Shown here one piece after another: positions 13,371-26,460 of a DNA stretch of 64,000 nt (its first letter is position 1; each line of letters starts with the position of its first letter). The translations under genes were made by a program, and so were the position numbers. The stretch covers positions 453,296 to 517,295 of the forward strand of contig NW_018407093.1 in NCBI RefSeq assembly GCF_002113885.1. The letters are read 5' to 3'. Below the pieces are notes generated by a model, which had not been told where the DNA came from, made no database searches, and was given only the letters and a program-made list of their open reading frames with translations. The DNA is from Mizuhopecten yessoensis (Eukaryota).

Positions 13371-14051
13371 CATTTTGGACTAAAGTATGGCTTTATATGG
13401 AATAACAAAAAGTGGCTGATGGATTATAGTGTGATATTTTACGAGAGGCATTTAAAGGACAATCTCTGAACAGAAGTGAAGGCGAGCCCCAGATTAGTTT
13501 TATGTCTGAGTGTCTACATTTTGTGTGAGCATGTTGAAGCCTTTGTTAGCTTTATTTCACAGCAAATCAACCTCCCACATATGATTTCCATGAATTCTGA
13601 ATTGCACAACATTATTGTATGTGTTAGGATTGAACACATTGGATGCGGTTACACTGTAGAAGATATATGGCTGTTTATTTAAGGCTCCACACCCCCACCG
13701 TTAAGCTGACAAGTGTCTACCTTAGTGTTAATAGCCTTATCTCTCTGGCTAATGACTCCCTAATGGGCCCTGTACAGACCAGTAGTGCACCCGCCTGTGT
13801 CTGACCACTGATAGCGCTGACCATCAAGTGTCCAGTCTGAGAGTTCCTTAGAGTGGTCAATTGTCTGACCGCCTGCTGGTCGGGATCAGTAAGATGAGGT
13901 TAATTTGATTGCCAGAATACTTAACTATAATCAACTTAAATCAATACGTCTGTTTCCTGGTACAGAAATCCCTCTCCTGACTTCCTGTTGATGTAAACAG
14001 GAATCTTCAGTGTATTATTGGTTAGGACAAATTTTCTGTAACACATTTAAA

Positions 14052-14345
14052 GATTAACTTGAATATATTTTATGGAGCTATAACACAAAAATCTGGAGTG
14101 TACTCTCATCATAAACCGCTTCAGAGTACACTCCAGTTTTTTGTGTTGTAGCTCCATATCATAAAAACATATATTCAAGTCAATCCTTATGATTTAATCT
14201 TCTATACACAATCCCTGTGGAAATCCACTTATTGATAGACTCTTTTCGCTTAGAAATTATTACGCCGCTGTATCAGCCAATCAAAAGTGACGTTACACAC
14301 GGCGACGTCATCTTTTTACGTTATGAGCTGATAACATAAATTTTT
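14052..14345. mobile_element. Palindromic (foldback) non-autonomous element fragment
   Basis: 36-bp arms at 14071-14106 and 14123-14158 (2 mismatches), extended by ttgaatatat/atatattcaa; followed by a CpG-containing segment (agccaatca...tgacgt...gacgtca). Confidence 0.55.
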
Positions 14346-14439
14346 AATGAAAATGCTTGTTACAAGTAAGATTAAATTTTTTACATTTAATAGTGATGAT
14401 CCTCAATTAAAAGGTAACAACTTCCATAGCAATAGATGA

Positions 14440-17400
14440 GCGTAAAATATTGGGCACTTAGTGTGTAAAATACTAGGCACTTAGTGTGTAAAATACTAGG
14501 CACTTAGTGTGTAAAATACTGGGAGCTGAGAGTGTAAAATACTGGGCACTGAGTGTGTAAACTACTGGGCACTGAGTGTGTAAACTACTGGGCACTGAGT
14601 GTGTAAAATACTGGGCACTGAGTGTGTAAAATACTGGGCACTGAGTGTGTAAAATACTGGGCACTGAGTGTGTAAAATACTGGGCACTGAGTGTGTAAAA
14701 TACTGGGCACTGAGTGTGTAAAATACTGGGCACTGAGTGTGTAAAATACTGGGCACTGAGTGTGTAAAATACTGGGCACTGAGTGTGTAAAATACTGGGC
14801 ACTGAGTGTGTAAAATACTGGGCACTGAGTGTGTAAAATACTGGGCACTGAGTGTGTAAAATACTGGGCACTGAGTGTGTAAAATACTGGGCACTGAGTG
14901 TGTAAAATACTGGGCACTGAGTGTGTAAAATACTGGGCACTGAGTGTGTAAAATACTGGGCACTGAGTGTGTAAAATACTGGGCACTGAGTGTGTAAAAT
15001 ACTGGGCACTGAGTGTGTAAAATACTGGGCACTGAGTGTGTAAAATACTGGGCACTGAGTGTGTAAAATACTGGGCACTGAGTGTGTAAAATACTGGGCA
15101 CTGAGTGTGTAAAATACTGGGCACTGAGTGTGTAAAATACTGGGCACTGAGTGTGTAAAATACTGGGCACTGAGTGTGTAAAATACTGGGCACTGAGTGT
15201 GTAAAATACTGGGCACTGAGTGTGTAAAATACTGGGCACTGAGTGTGTAAAATACTGGGCACTGAGTGTGTAAAATACTGGGCACTGAGTGTGTAAAATA
15301 CTGGGCACTGAGTGTGTAAAATACTGGGCACTGAGTGTGTAAAATACTGGGCACTGAGTGTGTAAAATACTGGGCACTGAGTGTGTAAAATACTGGGCAC
15401 TGAGTGTGTAAAATACTGGGCACTGAGTGTGTAAAATACTGGGCACTGAGTGTGTAAAATACTGGGCACTGAGTGTGTAAAATACTGGGCACTGAGTGTG
15501 TAAAATACTGGGCACTGAGTGTGTAAAATACTGGGCACTGAGTGTGTAAAATACTGGGCACTGAGTGTGTAAACTACTGGGCACTGAGTGTGTAAACTAC
15601 TGGGCACTGAGTGTGTAAAATACTGGGCACTGAGTGTGTAAAATACTGGGCACTGAGTGTGTAAAATACTGGGCACTGAGTGTGTAAAATACTGGGCACT
15701 GAGTGTGTAAAATACTGGGCACTGAGTGTGTAAAATACTGGGCACTGAGTGTGTAAAATACTGGGCACTGAGTGTGTAAAATACTGGGCACTGAGTGTGT
15801 AAAATACTGGGCACTGAGTGTGTAAAATACTGGGCACTGAGTGTGTAAAATACTGGGCACTGAGTGTGTAAAATACTGGGCACTGAGTGTGTAAAATACT
15901 GGGCACTGAGTGTGTAAAATACTGGGCACTGAGTGTGTAAAATACTGGGCACTGAGTGTGTAAAATACTGGGCACTGAGTGTGTAAAATACTGGGCACTG
16001 AGTGTGTAAAATACTGGGCACTGAGTGTGTAAAATACTGGGCACTGAGTGTGTAAAATACTGGGCACTGAGTGTGTAAAATACTGGGCACTGAGTGTGTA
16101 AAATACTGGGCACTGAGTGTGTAAAATACTGGGCACTGAGTGTGTAAAATACTGGGCACTGAGTGTGTAAAATACTGGGCACTGAGTGTGTAAAATACTG
16201 GGCACTGAGTGTGTAAAATACTGGGCACTGAGTGTGTAAAATACTGGGCACTGAGTGTGTAAAATACTGGGCACTGAGTGTGTAAAATACTGGGCACTGA
16301 GTGTGTAAAATACTGGGCACTGAGTGTGTAAAATACTGGGCACTGAGTGTGTAAAATACTGGGCACTGAGTGTGTAAAATACTGGGCACTGAGTGTGTAA
16401 AATACTGGGCACTGAGTGTGTAAAATACTGGGCACTGAGTGTGTAAAATACTGGGCACTGAGTGTGTAAAATACTGGGCACTGAGTGTGTAAAATACTGG
16501 GCACTGAGTGTGTAAAATACTGGGCACTGAGTGTGTAAAATACTGGGCACTGAGTGTGTAAAATACTGGGCACTGAGTGTGTAAAATACTGGGCACTGAG
16601 TGTGTAAAATACTGGGCACTGAGTGTGTAAAATACTGGGCACTGAGTGTGTAAAATACTGGGCACTGAGTGTGTAAAATACTGGGCACTGAGTGTGTAAA
16701 ATACTGGGCACTGAGTGTGTAAAATACTGGGCACTGAGTGTGTAAAATACTGGGCACTGAGTGTGTAAAATACTGGGCACTGAGTGTGTAAAATACTGGG
16801 CACTGAGTGTGTAAAATACTGGGCACTGAGTGTGTAAAATACTGGGCACTGAGTGTGTAAAATACTGGGCACTGAGTGTGTAAAATACTGGGCACTGAGT
16901 GTGTAAAATACTGGGCACTGAGTGTGTAAAATACTGGGCACTGAGTGTGTAAAATACTGGGCACTGAGTGTGTAAAATACTGGGCACTGAGTGTGTAAAA
17001 TACTGGGCACTGAGTGTGTAAAATACTGGGCACTGAGTGTGTAAAATACTGGGCACTGAGTGTGTAAAATACTGGGCACTGAGTGTGTAAAATACTGGGC
17101 ACTGAGTGTGTAAAATACTGGGCACTGAGTGTGTAAAATACTGGGCACTGAGTGTGTAAAATACTGGGCACTGAGTGTGTAAAATACTGGGCACTGAGTG
17201 TGTAAAATACTGGGCACTGAGTGTGTAAAATACTGGGCACTGAGTGTGTAAAATACTGGGCACTGAGTGTGTAAAATACTGGGCACTGAGTGTGTAAAAT
17301 ACTGGGCACTGAGTGTGTAAAATACTGGGCACTGAGTGTGTAAAATACTGGGCACTGAGTGTGTAAAATACTGGGCACTGAGTGTGTAAAATACTGGGCA

Positions 17401-20130
17401 CTGAGTGTGTAAAATACTGGGCACTGAGTGTGTAAAATACTGGGCACTGAGTGTGTAAAATACTGGGCACTGAGTGTGTAAAATACTGGGCACTGAGTGT
17501 GTAAAATACTGGGCACTGAGTGTGTAAAATACTGGGCACTGAGTGTGTAAAATACTGGGCACTGAGTGTGTAAAATACTGGGCACTGAGTGTGTAAAATA
17601 CTGGGCACTGAGTGTGTAAAATACTGGGCACTGAGTGTGTAAAATACTGGGCACTGAGTGTGTAAAATACTGGGCACTGAGTGTGTAAAATACTGGGCAC
17701 TGAGTGTGTAAAATACTGGGCACTGAGTGTGTAAAATACTGGGCACTGAGTGTGTAAAATACTGGGCACTGAGTGTGTAAAATACTGGGCACTGAGTGTG
17801 TAAAATACTGGGCACTGAGTGTGTAAAATACTGGGCACTGAGTGTGTAAAATACTGGGCACTGAGTGTGTAAAATACTGGGCACTGAGTGTGTAAAATAC
17901 TGGGCACTGAGTGTGTAAAATACTGGGCACTGAGTGTGTAAAATACTGGGCACTGAGTGTGTAAAATACTGGGCACTGAGTGTGTAAAATACTGGGCACT
18001 GAGTGTGTAAAATACTGGGCACTGAGTGTGTAAAATACTGGGCACTGAGTGTGTAAAATACTGGGCACTGAGTGTGTAAAATACTGGAAGCTGAGAGTGT
18101 AAAATACTTGACACTGAGTGTGTAAAATACTGGGCACTGGGCACTGAGTGTGTAAAATACTGGGCGCTGAGTGTGTAAAATACTGGGCACTGAGTGTGTA
18201 ATCTGAGTGTGTAAAATACTGGAAGCTGAGAGTGTAAAATACTTGACACTGAGTGTGTATACTGGGCACTGAGTGTGTAAAATACTGGGCACAGAGTGTG
18301 TAAAATACTGGGCACTGAGTGTGTAATAGGCGTTCAGGGTGTAAACTATTGGGCGCTGAGAGTATTGGGCACTGAGTGTGTAAAATACTGGGCACTGTGG
18401 GTGTAAAATACTGGGAGCTGAGTGTGTAAAATACTGGGAGTTGAGAGTGTAAAATACTGGGGGCTGAGTGTGTGAAATACTGGGCACTGAGTGTGTAAAA
18501 TACTGGGAGTTGAGAGTGTAAAATACTGGGAGCTGAGTGTGTAAAATACTGGGAGTTGAGAGTGTAAAATACTGGGAGCTGAGTGTGTGAAATACTGGGC
18601 ACTGAGTGTGTAAAATACTGGGAGCTGAGAGTGTAAAATACTGGGAGCTGAGAGTGTAAAATATTGGGCACTGAGTGTGTAAAATACTGGGCACTGTGGG
18701 TGTAAAATACTGGGAGCTGAGTGTGTAAAATACTGGGAGTTGAGAGTGTAAAATACTGGGAGCTGAGAGTGTAAAATATTGGGCACTGAGTGTGTAAAAT
18801 ACTGGGAGCTGAGTGTGTAAAATACTGGGCTCTGAGTGTGTAAAATACTGGGCACTGGGCACTGAGGGTGTAAAATACTGGGCACTGAGTGTGTAATAGG
18901 CGTTCAGGGTGTAAACTATTGGGCGCTGAGAGTATTGGGCACTGAGTGTGTAAAATACTGGGCACTGTGTGTGTAAAATACTGGGCACTGAGTATGTAAA
19001 ATACTGGGCACTGAGTGTGTAAAATACTGGAAGCTGAGAGGGTAAAATACTTGACACTGAGAGTGTAAAATACTGGGCACTGGGCACTGAGTTTGTAAAA
19101 TATTGGGCACCGAGTGTGTAAAATACTGGGCACTGAGTGTGTAATCTGAGTGTGTAAAATACTGGAAGCTGAGAGTGTAAAATACTTGACACTGAGTGTG
19201 TATACTGGGCACTGAGTGTGTAAAATACTGGGCACTAAGTGTGTAAAATACTGGGCACTGAGTGTGTAAAATAATGGGCACTGAGTGTGTAAAATACTGG
19301 GCACTGGACACTGAGTGTGTAAGATACTGGGCACTGAGTGTGTAAAATACTGGGCACAGAGTGTGTAAAATACTGGGCACTGAGTGTGTAAAAGACTGGG
19401 CACTGAGTGTGTAAAATACTGGGCACTAAGTGTGTAAAATACTGGGCACTGGGCACTGCAGTGTGTAAAATACTGGGCACTGAGTGTGTAAAATCCTGGG
19501 CACTGAGTGTGTACAATACTGGGCACTGAGTGTGTAAAATCCTGGGCACTGAGTGTGTACAATACTGGGCACTGAGTGGGTAAAATACTGGGCACTGAGT
19601 GTGTAATAGGCGTTCAGGGTGTAAACTATTGGGCGCTGAGAGTATTGGGCACTGAGTGTGTAAAATACTGGGCACTGGGCACTGAGGGTGTAAAATACTG
19701 GGCACTGAGTGTGTAATAGGCGTTCAGGGTGTAAACTATTGGGCGCTGAGAGTATTGGGCACTGAGTGTGTAAAATACTGGGCACTGTGGGTGTAAAATA
19801 CTGGGAGCTGAGTGTGTAAAATACTGGGAGTTGAGAGTGTAAAATACTGGGAGCTGAGAGTGTAAAATACTGGGAGCTGAGAGTGTAAAATATTGGGCAC
19901 TGAGTGTGTAAAATACTGGGCACTGAGTGTGTAAAATACTGGGCACTGAGTGTGTAATAGGCGTTCAGGGTGTAAACTATTGGGCGCTGAGAGTGTAAAA
20001 TAATAGGCGTTCAGGGTGTAAAATAATGGGTGCTGAGAGTGTAAAATATTAGGCGTTCAGGGTGTAAACTATGGGGCGCTGAGTGTGTAAAATATGGGAC
20101 GCTCTAGAGAGTGTAAAATTGTGCTAACAG
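14440..20130. repeat. 23-bp satellite array (gtgtgtaaaatactgggcactga)n
   Basis: Near-perfect from ~14.5 to 18.08 kb, degenerate with higher-order blocks from 18.08 to 20.1 kb; explains the 1535-, 1332- and 913-aa minus-strand ORFs. Confidence 0.98.
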
Positions 20131-21957
20131 CATTTGTTAATTTATCTGCCATCTTTGTTTGTGAAGCTGTCATACTTTGGTGTGCTTTAAAAAGAGGATG
20201 TAAATGGTTGAAATGATATGTACGTTTCCTAAGGATCAAACATGTGAGCCGAGACTTCCTAGTCGGACGCTGTACTGCTGTGTTAAAAGGAAATTTCATC
20301 AAGACGCTAGTCAGGTGTCTTTGAAACTGCACATCCTTTAATTTCAAGTCTTTGTCTTCAAAGGCATTTACCACAACCCAGGTTATTGTGCTCCCTGCAA
20401 ACGGTTCCCCCCTACCTAGAATGGGGAGGGTCGATGGTACAAGTTTGTGACAGGAAGGAAACGGTGATTAGAATATTTTTATTTGATGGGGAAACCCCTG
20501 ATTTCAGACTTTCTAAACAAATTTTACTACCTAGTCGCCAGCAATTGGCCCGGTTCAGATTAAACATACCAGTTGTATTGGTTAACCCTCCTATTTTCAC
20601 TATCACTATATACTGTAGTATTTATAAAATATTATTAGTATTTAAACAAGATGGAATTCAATAACAAAGCAGAAATTAATATTAAATTTTTAATTTGAAA
20701 CAGGTGATGAATTAAAGTTCTACATAATCTAGTAGAAAAGAAATCTATTCCGGTTAAACATGTTTTTTGGTCGTATTTATATATATATGAACTGAACTTT
20801 AGTTTAACGTCGTTAATCAAATTATGGCTGAAACACATCACCAGGGTAATCTGACATGTTGAGGGGGGGTCTGGCTTTCAAGGGGAGGTAACTTAGTACA
20901 GTTAATGTGTTTTGATTACAAACTTCCTGCATACCTATACATTATAGATAATGTACCATGTAATGTGGGCCAGAATGGCACGCTGTAAAACAAGTATAAC
21001 TCTAAGGTAACTTTATTTCCTGAGTAACTTTTTCAATTCCTGAGTCAGACTTAAGTTTGTGTTTCAAAAAAGTTAATAAAAAGTTAAGAGCACAAACTTA
21101 GGAAACTTTTACTTACAAATTTATTTTTGAATGGCTCACTGTATTGACGATTAATGCCAACTGAAACCTGCCCAACACCTCAGTAAATTGTATATAAACA
21201 GAGGGAGTGTGACTACGCCATGTTTTAATGGAGACCCTATAATGAAGACCATGTTCTTATGATTGGGAGGTGATGGATGAAGGGAGTCTGGGGAGTTTCT
21301 AACAAACCAAACTGGACATTTGAGTGGTCAGTGACCACACTTATTGACCACTGTACAGACAGAGTTACATGTAGCGGGCACTTCTCCTATCCTGGTTATG
21401 GCACTGCCCAATGAGCTGTTGTCCATGCCAATATCTGTGAGACAATATTTTTGTGAGAGTGTCTTTGTATCTTGTCAGTACCAGCCTTTTTTTTTGGGGG
21501 GGGGGGGGTTTTACAGACAATCCTCTGTTGTCAGCTCAATACGGTTTGAACAAATTCTGACAAGAGCATGGACATTTGAATAACATTAATCAATAATATT
21601 TGAGGTGAAAAAGTAAATTATACTTAAATTCCAAATTAGAGTAATTAGTGTTCACAACATTAATTGGATAATTAATTATCAGAGAGTATAGGGAGAATCT
21701 GATCCAGTATATATAGTGTCATAGTGTCTTTGGCCTACGTAGTAATGGTGTCTCATAATAGTATACCGATCTGTTGAGAACACTTTTGAAAACTGAAATC
21801 TTGAAGCTTGCTTAGGATTAAAATGCATCTTTATAACATTTAGGATGGTATGAAACCGAATTGCTTACAAAAAACATGCCATCAGTCTGTTTGTTTATAT
21901 CTATTTTTTTTTATAAAATTCTACTGTATCTTTCTGCATGTAATTTCTTTGATTCAT

Positions 21958-22139
21958 AAAGGCAATATTCAATCGCAACAAGCTCAGGATAGGTTGGTTT
22001 CTTTATTGTATGTCTACCGGTTTCACCCGAACATGTGGGCTTCTTCAATCGCCCTGCATACCCCTGGGTATCCAAGCAAGGGATAATGGAACCTACAGAA
22101 CCTAGATTAGAAGTACGGCGTTGGCTCTACACCCCAATG
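21958..22139 (-). mobile_element. 182-bp insertion with 15-bp TSD; Penelope-like terminal repeat fragment
   Basis: Direct repeat atttctttgattcat at 21943-21957 and 22140-22154. The minus strand reads ttgaagaagccc...gggtgaaaccggta followed by aataaa (hammerhead-like motif plus polyA signal). Confidence 0.55.
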
Positions 22140-22226
22140 ATTTCTTTGATTCATGATACATTTTAAACAAATTGTTTTACTGAAAGGTGGAACAGCCATT
22201 TTTGAAGAATAATGTGGTGTTTGGTA

Positions 22227-22322
22227 ACAGGCAACAAATTCATGTCAGAGACCACTATAACGGGCAACAAATTCAAGTCAGAGACCACTATAACGGGCAA
22301 CAAATTCATGTCAGAGACCGCT
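22227..22322. repeat. 33-bp repeat x3 (aacgggcaacaaattcatgtcagagaccactat)
   Basis: Three tandem copies read directly. Confidence 0.85.
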
Positions 22323-24957
22323 CAGGAAGTTCTACAAAGTTTGTATTTGTCGTCACAACATAATTTGTTCCCTGTTACACTAACGATATGATGGGAAATC
22401 TCAGACAGCTTTCACACAGAAACCTTCACCTGTACAGTAGTTCTGGGTGTGGTAATGGTTTGTGAACATTTTGAGTTGGTAGGTTTATCAAGAGGCTGAC
22501 ATATAAGTATAGATATACCAGGTATGCAGTCTGATGTGTTCCAGAGTATCTCCAAGGATCTGCTGGGGATTATTTTCTTGATTTTATGAAACAGTAATTG
22601 TCACATGGCCATGGGGGCTTTAGAAGGGATCAACCTCTTGTCAAATTCGCAGATATTTTTTTATGTTTAATCTTTTCCATACAAATATTCATTAGACATG
22701 CCGTATGATACAGGGAAAGTTGTTTCCATCAAAAGTGATTAGAATTTGTTTGTGGATTTTAGACTAAATGAAAAGTTGATATTGGTACATTTTTGTGTTG
22801 ATAAAGTATATTGATATATTTTTTTACTGTAATTATTATTTTTATTATAGTGGTAAAGTAAGGAAGTGTTTAATCTTATCCATTCGTATATATAATGAGA
22901 CATGCTGTAGGATACAGGTACAGGAAAACTCATTCCAATACACACATGATAAATACAGATGTAGCTTCGGTGCCAGACCTTGGAACATGGAGATAGGTAT
23001 TACCAGTAGAGATTCCTACAATTTTCTGCCATAAAATCTAACTTGAAACAACCGATGGCATGTGTGGGTGGAGAGGTGTACCTACTGGCGCCCTCACAGG
23101 TCCTGGAGCGTTTAAACCTCACCTGCTTCCTCCCTCCCACAGATTTAATTATACTTGGAGGAACCAGGGCTGTACCATGGTAAACAAATGTTCTGTCAGG
23201 ACCCGCGAAGCCAGGTCAGGTGCATTGATCATAAAAAATATCTTATAATATATTTTTGATGAACATAATAGTTATAATTTTTTATTTTTTTTATTTCAAC
23301 ATATGAGATCCCATCATCAGATTTAATGTTTAGTGTGGATAAAAAATAAATAAAAAAAATACATCAGGCTAGTGATTCAGAGTGTTTGACACTGGTTTGG
23401 CCATGAGTTCTAGAGCAGTTGACAGCTAGCCATGAGGTCCTGAGAATGTCAGCTAGCTACAATCAGCAGGTCAGGAGCATTGTGACAGCTCTTGGACCAG
23501 CCGTTGGTGAACATTATTGATTATCTGCGCCAGATTTGGTGTTTTATGTTTGAACTGGAATTAAAGAAATTAAACAGCAGTTGGTGAGAAGATACCCCCA
23601 GGAAACCACCACTTTTCTCTGGAAAATAAAGTTGACAATTTTATAGCGTTTAGATTCCCTGTTTGGTGAAGTGTTAAACCAAACCGTGTCAGTTGCAAAA
23701 CTTATTTCTGTGTTTCGCAGTCACTTTCAGGTACTTTCTGTGTCATTGGTTGTACTAACCAGTAAACTGAACAATTAGTCTTCAATAATTCTCACTTTGT
23801 AGGCATGAAATCAACATGTATATCTGAACCAAGAAAATTATGTAATAGATCTCGATGTACTCTTTGGTATGACAGAAATTTACACTGAATATCTGAGAGG
23901 ATGCACATTACATATGAAAGTGAAAGTGACATGTTTGTGTGGTGTAGATATCGTCTGTGTGTCTCTTACAGCATCTGTAGTGCGGCATGTGTATGTATGG
24001 CCCTGTGACATTTAGGAATGTTTGTAAGATGTGATCTGTCTACAGTCTTGTACCTTCATCTGTCTGTAGTAGACATCTGGCTGTTTGTGTACTGGGGGTA
24101 CAACATCTGGACAGAGTTATAGTTATATAACACACAAAGCGTCCTCAACCTACAGGAGTTAGGGCCTGTAATTGTCACAATTTGTTTAAGTAGTTAAGGA
24201 TTGTAATATTTCCAGTCATCAAGCCATTATTTTAAAATATATGGTCTGCTTGACTGGTGTTTCCTTCAAGATCTGATTTCTCACAATGTGCTGACAGAGA
24301 AAGTATGGGACAATCACTCATCTACACATTGAGGGGTGTAGTTTGTCATTTCAAAGAGCAGGAGTTTGACATCTGTAATATATTTCTTTAAAATTTATTA
24401 TATCTGAAAATATACTGTTAATTTACACTGACATCAGCTTGAGGGTGAAAACATTTGAATATCTGTCTCACAGTAGGGGTGGGCTTATTATAGGACACTG
24501 AAATAGCATTGGGCGATTTGTTTACTGAATTGTACACTTCACTCTTACATGACTTGTCAAGATAAAAAACAACCATTCCAGCTGTATCTCGACTTTTGTC
24601 TCACCATGCCTGCAGACAGTATACTGGGGTCTTATTATCTACAGATATTCTAGCGTAATGGTTAGCCAACAGAAACATTACAGGAATCGGTTCCTATTAC
24701 TGTTACAAGTAAATTACACCACACCTGGTAGATCCCTGAATGTGTTACAGATTATCTAGTCAGATCTTTGGTAACAAGATTCGTTACAGAAACAAACCAT
24801 TTCCCTGGTGTTTTTTTTAGATAAGTTCATGCTTACATCGGGTCATGATATAATTTTTAAATTTCTTAAAACTTTTTGGTACATTCTTACTATAGCAGGT
24901 GAAATACTCCTGTTTACATGGTAAATACTTGATGTTACACACATACTGGTACATCCT

Positions 24958-25048
24958 TTAACTCTTTCACTACCGAAAACCATAATGGACTCATCCATAT
25001 CAATGCATGGTATAGTCTACTAAAGTTACATATGGCTGAAAGGGTTAA
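24958..25048. mobile_element. 91-bp TTAA-bounded piggyBac-like mini-MITE (copy 1)
   Basis: ttaactctttca...tgaaagggttaa; interior closely similar to copy 2. Confidence 0.65.
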
Positions 25049-25189
25049 GTCTAGTCGTTTGAATAATTAAGCTTTGGATTACAAAATTACTCTAAAATGG
25101 CCCTGGTTTTTAACTATAGGGCTGGATTAGCCATTATGGTAAGAGTATCTTAAAATATATCGTCATTGTCAGAAATATGGAATATTTGG

Positions 25190-25280
25190 TTAATCCTTTC
25201 AACACTGTTAACTATAATGGACTCATCCGTATCAATGCATGGTAGAGTCTACTTAAGTTACATAGGGGTGAAAGGGTTAA
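25190..25280. mobile_element. 91-bp TTAA-bounded piggyBac-like mini-MITE (copy 2)
   Basis: ttaatcctttca...ggggtgaaagggttaa; shares ataatggactcatcc..atcaatgcatggta.agtctact.aagttacata with copy 1. Confidence 0.65.
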
Positions 25281-25320
25281 AGAGTCTTCTTTGGATGTGA
25301 CCAGGGTTAGGTTGTACAAT

Positions 25321-26460
25321 CAATGACAATGACAATGACAATTGTTTTATTCTCATAAACAATAACAATACAGTGTAGAGAATACATATATACAAATGGG
25401 TGGCAATAATACATGGTGGAACAGGATGGACATTAGTATTGTAAATTAATTATGTCACTAATATCGGTAATAACTTCAGCCAATGATATCAATTCATGTT
25501 GTGTTACATAATGGAATAATGTATGGTATTTAAATGTGTTTGGTCTTTCATAATAATATCTGGACATATGTTTTCGCCTACTATATGAGAATTGGTTGAT
25601 GTGTACATGTAAACAGATAATGAAATTCGTCGCCAATTTCTCTTAAATAACATAAACTACATAATCTATTTTCACGTGGTATATTGAACCACCTACCACT
25701 TTCAATTGGTAACTTAGTATTACATGTTCTAAACTTACAATACGCTTTAGCTAGTTTCGGAGGGAGTTCTAGTAAGTACTTTTCTGAACAAAGTTCGTAC
25801 TTATATATTCTATAATTTGTTCCTTTCGGAGAAGTATACATTTCATTACTCCAGTTTGATATAAATTTTCCTTTTAGTTTATAAAATATGGTACTTTTTA
25901 GCCCATGTATACTTTGAAACTCTTGGCTATTAAATATATGTATCAGACTGCATTCTTCAAAAATACTTTTCACATATTTTAGCCATGATGATTCATAATT
26001 TGATAAAATTGCTAACAGTTTATTACTTAATTTATTCTGGTTGTTTTTTTTGTCATTTTAGCCCAAAATCCGACCATTCTCACTTTGACATTAATATCTA
26101 GCGGAAACCTTCCAAGTTCTCCGTATAGCATAAAGTTCGGTGTAAACGTTTTAACATTAAGTATGTGTTTGCAAAATTTTAAATGTAAACGTTTGATAAG
26201 TTTATAGTTACAGAAACCCCAAACTTCACATTCGTATAAAACAATAGGTTTGATGGCTTTGTCAAATATATCAAGTTGACAATCTATTGACAAATTATGA
26301 TCCCTACATTTGGAAATAGCACCATACATTGCTTTTAAACCTTTTACCATACAGTTGTTTAATATTAAACTGTGTCAAACCAGTTTTAGTAAAATAAACC
26401 CCAAGATATTCAAAATCCTTTGCTATTCCTATAACAGTACCGTTGTATGTTAAACTAAGG
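25321..26460 (-). mobile_element. 5'-truncated, decayed non-LTR retrotransposon (LINE, probably RTE-X-like); 3' end of ORF2
   Basis: Minus strand encodes the RT end (KDFEYLGVYF near 26390-26420), then LYECEVWG...LHLKFCKHIL...YGELGRFPL (26027-26350) and KLPIESGRW...RLCSLC...IGDEFHYLFTC (CCHC knuckle, 25581-25973), broken by frameshifts. The 3' end has AATAAA followed by a (TGTCAT)n tail at 25321-25351. Confidence 0.88.

Noticed and set aside
14473-19946. Very long minus-strand ORFs (up to 1535 aa)
   Set aside because: The 23-bp unit lacks minus-strand stops, so all three frames give the same 23-aa cycle. No domain, no splice context.
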